A stretch of 64,000 nucleotides of DNA from Mayamaea pseudoterrestris. Taxonomy: Eukaryota. The first letter of the stretch is position 1. Each line of letters opens with the position of its first letter. Below the pieces are notes generated by a model, which saw only the letters and a program-made list of their open reading frames with translations, ran no database searches and was not told the origin of the DNA. Location: contig BROI01000001.1 in NCBI GenBank assembly GCA_027923505.1, positions 372,001 to 436,000 on the forward strand. Reading direction: 5' to 3'. This document shows, piece after piece, positions 57,286 through 64,000 of the stretch. The translations under genes were made by a program, and so were the position numbers.

Positions 57286-57993
57286 TGATGACAACATCAT
57301 CCATGTGATTGCTCAAATGCGGGAAGCGGCAAAGAATGAGTCCCGAGCTGTTGTCCTTGGGTAACGGTGAATTACAGATGCGTGCATCATCACAGACTGG
57401 TACAGCGTTGACAGCACGTAACAAAAAGAATACAAAATTAATAACATCGGTATCACACGGGCGAGATGTATTCTTAGTGCGTTTGTCGTACACATATCTA
57501 TTTAGTCGACGGTCAAGTACGAGTCATCTGCCATACTCCGTGCACGCACAGTTGCCCCACTATATATTTCGATGATGCGTTTACGACGTCGACAACGGCC
57601 TGTATCTCGCTGAAATTCCAATCCTATCGTTGTAGTGGTTTAGTCCTTCTCCCACAAACACGCTTGTGAGTGTCGTCCCAAAATTGTAACTTTTTCACCA
57701 GCCAATTATAGATTTTATTAGGCTGGAGAATTGAGAACACGACCAGCAGTTAGCAAGGCATACTTGTACCAGCATAACAATAGCTTACCGATACGAGTAC
57801 ACTGGTAGCTATACTATCGCAAGATTACGGTTGCATTTCTACGATCGCATCGGTACTTGATGACGTCATGATTTCTTCGACCAAAATGCCGAAACGCCAT
57901 CAACCTTTCGGCACCATGGGATTTTACTTTTTGTCGTCAAATAGGACAAACAAGAAGATAGCGCGCATCTGGTTCATGCTTGGAATAGCAAAA

Positions 57994-58849
57994 ATGACAC
58001 GAGGAGCGATTGTCAAAGACTTGTGGATTTTGCGGCATGGTACGTACCAGGTACCAGGCACTGTCATCCTTCTTTGTATCCCGAGATTTTTCATCGCTCA
58101 CATCATTCATTCACCTTTGTACAGGCCAAGCCATGCATAATCCAATCGCCGAAGCCAAAAGAGCAGCTGGATGTTCACACGAAGAGTTTCTTCAACAAAT
58201 GAAGGATGACGATGTTTTGGACGCTCCACTAACTGAGCTTGGCGTCAAGCAAGCCCAGGCCGTGCATTCAGCGTACCACGCATTGTATCACGAGCAGGTA
58301 CAACTAGTTGTAAGCTCGCCACTCTCACGAGCCATTGAAACAGCCAATCATGCCATTCCAAACCATGAAAATCGAGTCGTCTACGAACATGTTCGCGAAA
58401 TCAATGGCTGGTTGTTGAACGCCAAGCGAAAGCGCAAGCAAGACTTGATGAAGCAGTTTCCAGCCTGGTCCTTGGACGAGTTGGAACATGAGGAAGATGT
58501 ATACTGGACTGAGGAATTAGAGACGGAAGCAGATTGTAGTGAACGAGGTTATCAAACACTATCGTGGCTGATGCATGATCGTCCCGAAACGTCAGTCTTT
58601 ATGGTGGCACATGGAGGTATCCTTCGCTTCCTCATGACCATGCATTCGCACATTACAGTCAAAGACGGTAGAAGACAGGAGAATGGATTGGGGGATAGCC
58701 GCAGAAGAGACTCAAAGGCAAGATTTGACAACTGCGAGCTTCGGCGGTATCGCATGGAGGTTGATGAGCACCATTGTGTCGACAACGGCAATACAAACCA
58801 TGATGATCGGCCGAGGCTAGTACTAACCGAGCTGAATTTGGAGCAATAG
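57994..58849 (+). CDS. Histidine phosphatase / phosphoglycerate mutase-like; exons 57994-58039 and 58125-58849
   Basis: LRH|GQAMHN is restored by a GTACGT..CAG intron; DAPLTELG, SSPLSRAIET, VAHGGILR, FDNCELR. Confidence 0.9.
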
Positions 58850-59156
58850 AAAGACATCCGTATTGCTTGTGGTAAGAGTTTTTAGAAGGAGCAATCCGTT
58901 TTGCAACATATGGTCTACTAGCGATTAGTGCTATTGAAACAGTGTCGTTTACACGCACTTTTCAGTGACATCATAGGTATAGCCGATGAGACCGCATCCA
59001 ATCCTCGTTCATGAGCAGCCAAGCTGTCTTCCTGGTCTAAACCCCCAGGGTATCCTGCAGATTTCTTCTCTGCTTCAAAATTAGCACATTCGCGACAGCA
59101 ATATGATACAGCAAGACGGATGAGCTTTGTAAAAACAACATCATAGCATGTCCGTA

Positions 59157-61229
59157 TCACACTTGCGAAATCATTGGCCCCGCATCCGAGGTAGGCGCCG
59201 CTGAACCAAGAACGCGCCCGCGTCCTGTAAACGGAGCCCAATCCTGTCGCCGATCACTGCCTTCGTCCGTCAAGTAAATTGATTGTTGACGACTAGAGAA
59301 TCTCTGAATCAGCAGCTTGCCCAGTTGCCGACCAGGTTCAATGGTTGTGTACCCGAGTGTGCGCCAAAATATACCCTCCTGGTACTCATGAAGCTTCTCA
59401 CAAGCACAGCAACCACCGCCAAAAAGTAATGTAAAGCGAATGATAGAGAGAAATGATGGAATGGTGGTCGATGCACCAGGAATAGCAAGATTGGCACCAA
59501 ACGCCATGCTTGTATCGACCAAAACAATGACCGCAACGAATATGAATGCCCTTGACAGAGGCTCTCGACGATCGGACGCATCGCTTACCGTCTCCGTAGA
59601 GCCGCAGGAAGATGCCCAAAACAGCAATCCAAAAACGCTCGGAAGCAGCGCCCATGCCGAAGCTGACTGTCCACGAGTCGCCGAATGCACCAGGATGGCT
59701 GCAAAAGCTCGCATTGTCCAAACATATAGCCCGCGGCCACGTATGAAGGCATGCATGAAGGTTGATTTCCATCCCGGAATGATATTGCGAATGTATTTCA
59801 GGTAACAGTAGTAGAGCAATGGGATCAAAATGGCAGGGTGTAGCACCTTCATTGGCAAAAGACCCCAGTGCAGCACATATCCAACTAAGAGCCCCGCCAA
59901 GTGTCCAGAAAACGATACTCGAGGCAATATGAGCTGCGCCACCGCTAGCTGCACCAATGGAGCAAAGCTAAAGACCATGCCAGCCACGACATATGTGCGA
60001 AAGCATAGCTGCGGCAGGAACGGAATTGGACAAGTCGCGCTTTGATTTAGTGCAGCGACAACCATCCAAGCAAAAAGTACGCCCGAATACCCAACGGTCC
60101 ATTCATCCTCCGTATTAGGTGTGGCGTTTCCATTGCGCTGACGGCGATACATGGATTGCCCATATTGCAGCATACACCAAACCACTTTTGTTACAAGAAT
60201 GAGCGACAGATTCAGCAGAAAAAAGGAAATGCTTGAATACATTCCTGTTCCTTCAAGTTGGTTACCGAGTGCATACAAGCAAACCATGTTGAAGCCCAAA
60301 TGCCAAATCTCAAAGTGTGCCGTCGCGCCCGAAAGGCATCGCCATGCTTCACCGCGGTGCACAAGGCGAGTGTAACTCAGCGCGACACTAGCTGGATCGA
60401 CGCGGTGATTCCAGTACATGAAATATAGAACGCAGTTCAATGCAATGAGGAAACTCGTGGCCGGAGTTTCATAGAGCGCCTCCACCAATGGTGATGCTTG
60501 CTGAGATTGAAGTCGGCGACGTGTTTGCTTGTCTGACAGTGAATGCAAGCGAGAAGCCTTTCGTAACTGCGTCGTCGTGTCACTGTCTTCTTTATTTTTA
60601 CGGCCGCCCGCTTCGTGTTCGTTAGCTGATGGTGCTAGACAAACGACCGTCGCTGCAAGGTCTGCCGCTGCTTTGGCCTTTCTGCCATCTACATCGCCAC
60701 GGTAGTATGCTCCACAGACGGTTCCGCCCTCGGAGACTGCAACTACGTCCTTGTTCGACGACATTAGCACCCAATGCGTAAAATCACTTGATTGTGCCAG
60801 AGTCCATTTGTTGCTCGATGGTGACTGCAAAACAGCTGTTGCTTTCTGAACGTAAACGGCGACTTGCATCGCGTTTCCATTCAATGGAGGCATTTCCATG
60901 ACTCGCGAATATGACGCCCCCGTTCTATCGCGGCGATATAGTCCAGACACCATGTTTGCTGGGAAAATGATTTCAGTTGCGGCTGATGTGCTTATAGCAA
61001 CCCATGAATGCAATCTTACTTGCACCAATTCGAGTCCACCAATGGCGTTAATCCAGCGCACCGATACATGCCAGTACGTGATTCCTGCAGGAAGCAACAA
61101 GAGACTCCCCAGTAGCTTTAGTAGCGACATCCACACGGAAGCATTCGTCCATCGAGACATGCTGACAGAATGCAGAAGGATACAGTCGCGAGTCGAGATG
61201 TCGTAACGATTGCCAGGCACCACAAGCAA
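59157..61229 (-). CDS. Rhomboid-like intramembrane serine protease with N- and C-terminal extensions (start uncertain)
   Basis: WRCLSGATAHFEIWHLGFNM, VGYSGVLF (catalytic Ser), SFSGHLAG (catalytic His). Confidence 0.85.
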   Translation of the reverse strand: MLVVPGNRYDISTRDCILLHSVSMSRWTNASVWMSLLKLLGSLLLLPAGITYWHVSVRWINAIGGLELVQVRLHSWVAISTSAATEIIFPANMVSGLYRRDRTGASYSRVMEMPPLNGNAMQVAVYVQKATAVLQSPSSNKWTLAQSSDFTHWVLMSSNKDVVAVSEGGTVCGAYYRGDVDGRKAKAAADLAATVVCLAPSANEHEAGGRKNKEDSDTTTQLRKASRLHSLSDKQTRRRLQSQQASPLVEALYETPATSFLIALNCVLYFMYWNHRVDPASVALSYTRLVHRGEAWRCLSGATAHFEIWHLGFNMVCLYALGNQLEGTGMYSSISFFLLNLSLILVTKVVWCMLQYGQSMYRRQRNGNATPNTEDEWTVGYSGVLFAWMVVAALNQSATCPIPFLPQLCFRTYVVAGMVFSFAPLVQLAVAQLILPRVSFSGHLAGLLVGYVLHWGLLPMKVLHPAILIPLLYYCYLKYIRNIIPGWKSTFMHAFIRGRGLYVWTMRAFAAILVHSATRGQSASAWALLPSVFGLLFWASSCGSTETVSDASDRREPLSRAFIFVAVIVLVDTSMAFGANLAIPGASTTIPSFLSIIRFTLLFGGGCCACEKLHEYQEGIFWRTLGYTTIEPGRQLGKLLIQRFSSRQQSIYLTDEGSDRRQDWAPFTGRGRVLGSAAPTSDAGPMISQV

Positions 61230-61708
61230 TGACTGGATTAGACGACAATCAGGTACGCTTTAGTTCCTCTTGTTTCAATCGATACAGGAAGCAAGAGCGT
61301 CTTAACACAGATGATCAGCCGAGTATAATTGAAAAGCGAGAAGCAGAATTGACTGTTCAAAGTCGCTCCAGTGGATTTTAGTTATAGAGATCAAGCAAAG
61401 CCAGCAGTTGCTCGTCCAACTGCTATTTCACTTGCATTAACCCTAATCTTCTCGCCCGCTTTGCAAAGGTATGCGTCTGGCCATGCGGAAAACAAGCGAA
61501 GCTGCAGCGCCATGGTGACAGACGAAAACCATAGCGAATGTGGTTCTCGTGAATGAAGCACATTTGGAGTCACGAATGACGTCGCAATCGCAGCGGTTCT
61601 TTATTGGAGCTCGTGCAAAACGCCGTCGCATCCAAGCAATGATCTCACCATGGCGGACAAGGCCATTGCTTCCTACAGTAACAATCAGCCGCAGGAAAGT
61701 CTAATCTA

Positions 61709-62926
61709 ATGGAGTCAAGCAATCTAACATCAGACGATGATGAAGTCTTAACGTTCATGCATGCGAGACATCATGGGCCGCTCCAGGGACAGACCAATAG
61801 TCATCACACGCCGATTCGAGCAAGGACAGTTTCCTCGGCGACAGTTGAACCATCTTCTCCAGCCATGCCATACTACCAATCTCCCTCATTAGCGTCAAAG
61901 TCAAGAATCTCATCAAATATGAGCAAGTCAAAGCGTCAAAGACTACGCGTATACTTTTACAACTGCCGGAGACGGCTTCAGAAACGACGACAATTCACAT
62001 TGATCTTCGTCATTTTCTTCCTCATTCTTTCAATATTAATCTACACTCTCTTCTGGGTCTTTCACCATTTCCAATGCTATCATCGTGAACATGGTATCGT
62101 CTGGCGGGAAGCTCCCATTCATGGCATGACACGAACATGTCCGCCGCCAACGTACGAAACCATTGCTGCTACTTCCGCCAAGCCCCAAAACATTTGTCTC
62201 ACGACTCTGACGGATCGACAATCACCATCACTGATGCAGCGCATGGTACGATGTCGCGATTTTGATGCCCTTGAGCTCATTTCCTTTCCAAATCAACGAG
62301 CATACGCTTCCAAACACAATTACCAATGGACAGATTCGTCGCATATGGTAGATCCGTCGCGGCCACCAGCCTGGAGCAAGATTCTTGCCGTGCAACACTT
62401 GCTCGAGCAGCAAGCGTGCGACTGGGTTTTATGGCTAGACGCGGACGTGTTAGTCATGAACTCCAACGTTCGCATCGAACGCTTGCTTCCGTCGGATCCA
62501 AACGTTATGCTGGTGGCCACGCACGATCGCAAATATACAGTCAACTCTGGAGTATGGCTCATTCGAAACAGTGCCTGGAGTCGGCAGTTTCTAAAGAACT
62601 GGTGGAATCTAAAGTCGTGGGTTCGTCGGCCTGGCCTGAGTTTGAGTGGTGACAATGCAGCCTTTGGTCACTTGGTGGATCAAGTGTTGCGCAAGGAAGC
62701 TTGGCGCGTTCAAATACCGGCGCGATGCAACATGAACTCGTTTGGAGTCTTTCTAAGCGAAACGCAGTATCAAAATATTGTTGTCAATGGTGGTGCAGAT
62801 GCATTGAACAAGCAGGAGTGGTACTTGAGCGACCAGTTTTACCATCAGGGCGACTTTATCGTTCACGCGTCAGGCATTGACAAGAAGAAGGAAGTTTTGG
62901 AAATGCTACTCGAAAAGGCTATTTGA
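61709..62926 (+). CDS. GT34 (MNN10/galactosyl-xylosyl transferase-like) glycosyltransferase
   Basis: Type II TM, AYASKHNY, PAWSKILAV, WVLWLDADV, NSGVWLIRN, GDFIVHASG. Confidence 0.9.
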   Translation: MESSNLTSDDDEVLTFMHARHHGPLQGQTNSHHTPIRARTVSSATVEPSSPAMPYYQSPSLASKSRISSNMSKSKRQRLRVYFYNCRRRLQKRRQFTLIFVIFFLILSILIYTLFWVFHHFQCYHREHGIVWREAPIHGMTRTCPPPTYETIAATSAKPQNICLTTLTDRQSPSLMQRMVRCRDFDALELISFPNQRAYASKHNYQWTDSSHMVDPSRPPAWSKILAVQHLLEQQACDWVLWLDADVLVMNSNVRIERLLPSDPNVMLVATHDRKYTVNSGVWLIRNSAWSRQFLKNWWNLKSWVRRPGLSLSGDNAAFGHLVDQVLRKEAWRVQIPARCNMNSFGVFLSETQYQNIVVNGGADALNKQEWYLSDQFYHQGDFIVHASGIDKKKEVLEMLLEKAI

Positions 62927-63313
62927 TGCGGCAGCAATACAGTGCCTTGATTACCCCGCACCATATCTTCATGGCAGAGATGACGCTGATCGCCAACCCA
63001 ACAAGCTGCAAGAACTGCACGAGTAGTACTTGTATCATGGAGGGTTGCAAAAGCTTCAATACACACGAGACGCAAAGCTAGCGGAACGTCTGTATTTTGC
63101 ATGGAACGCTTTTTAGCATTTTCTAAGCTGAAGACGAGCTACATGAGAAAGGCGGATCAGTTCAGTGCCGGTACGATCGGCCTCGCCGCAAATTGCCGCG
63201 ATTCGGTTCACAAATCCGAACTTGCACCTCGATCATGGCCATGGCTTCGGATTGCATCTCACCAGAGCTTGACAAGACTCTGATTATCGCATTACAACAA
63301 AATTATACACGCC

Positions 63314-64000
63314 ATGTTTAACTTACAAGTTCTATCGTCCATTTTCCTTCTTGGAGCTGCCGTTGCCGTCCATGCTACACGAGTCAGCAATTCTCTCGCA
63401 CGGAACGTGTTGATCGTCAACGACTCTGACGAAACACTGACCGTCGACTGGGTCGATCCCAACTCTGGCGAAACTGTATCGTATTGGAAGGGTGAAAAGG
63501 GACAGCAATTGACGGTTGATTCGTTTGTAAACCATACCTTTCTCATTCGACCGACCGACGTATATGAGGCAACGTCTCCTTTATGCCCTTCGCCTGCGCA
63601 CGCCGCGAAACAAGACGAGTGCTTGAGCTTTCCAACCATTACAGTGAGCGAGGAACCGACGGAGCAGATTTTTCATGTCCAGCGAGGTCTAAAAGTCATC
63701 AAGGAGGAGGCCCTTCCCACTAAGATTGTCAATGACAAGGTTCGGTTGCTTGCTTCCGACATTGTCTTTCACTGCAAGCTCGATGCCGACGTGGCTCTAT
63801 TCAAAGGTAAATCGTTAGAGCAAGTATACATAACGCTGACGGAATGTCTTGAGCAACGAACAGCCAACGTATTGGAAGAAAAGAACGAGGAGCTCGCCTT
63901 GGAAGCCAATTTGCGACAGTCCATTGCCCACATGGCTGAAGATTACACTTGCAGTGATCCAGATCGAGAAACGACTAAGCCTGTTCGCGAAACGACATGG
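63314..64000 (+). CDS. Secreted protein, 5' part only (absent from the ORF track because it runs off the window); possibly a prolyl-4-hydroxylase-type protein
   Basis: My translation is open from ATG 63314 to the end: MFNLQVLSSIFLLGAAVAVHA (signal), IVNDSDETLTVDWVDPNSG..DSFVNHTF (beta domain), ..MAEDYTCSDPDRETT. Confidence 0.75.
   Translation, partial: MFNLQVLSSIFLLGAAVAVHATRVSNSLARNVLIVNDSDETLTVDWVDPNSGETVSYWKGEKGQQLTVDSFVNHTFLIRPTDVYEATSPLCPSPAHAAKQDECLSFPTITVSEEPTEQIFHVQRGLKVIKEEALPTKIVNDKVRLLASDIVFHCKLDADVALFKGKSLEQVYITLTECLEQRTANVLEEKNEELALEANLRQSIAHMAEDYTCSDPDRETTKPVRETTW

Overview
Gene-dense eukaryotic nuclear DNA, very probably from a pennate diatom. Evidence: short GT-AG introns (mostly 75-170 nt), short intergenic spacers, and several proteins with bipartite signal plus ASAFAP-like plastid presequences. 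About 33 protein-coding genes are recognisable: DAK, gamma-CA-like, sulfatase, two M11 metalloproteases, RMND1/DUF155, HHL1-like, TALE homeobox, hot-dog thioesterase, Sec23/24-like, SAM methyltransferase, P4H, PAPS transporter, globin, NF-YA, HCF107-like, ETF-QO, three tandem M43 metalloproteases, LEA-like, YjbQ, GT31, GT34, histidine phosphatase and rhomboid. I saw no rRNA, tRNA, CRISPR array or intact transposon. The most striking item is a ~1240-aa predicted plastid protein (1954-5670) with a coiled-coil followed by 11 sticker-spacer repeats (DYLxxM ... KKSYAPGGGS ... GYLxNL). It looks like a pyrenoid Rubisco-linker/scaffold (PYCO/EPYC1-like logic). Also notable are the M43 triplet (knottin-like tails, a 1-nt intron slide, an intron gain/loss, a repeated promoter motif) and a decayed helicase-associated-domain locus at 22-24 kb. 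Exon boundaries were read by eye and family calls come from motif recognition, not database searches.
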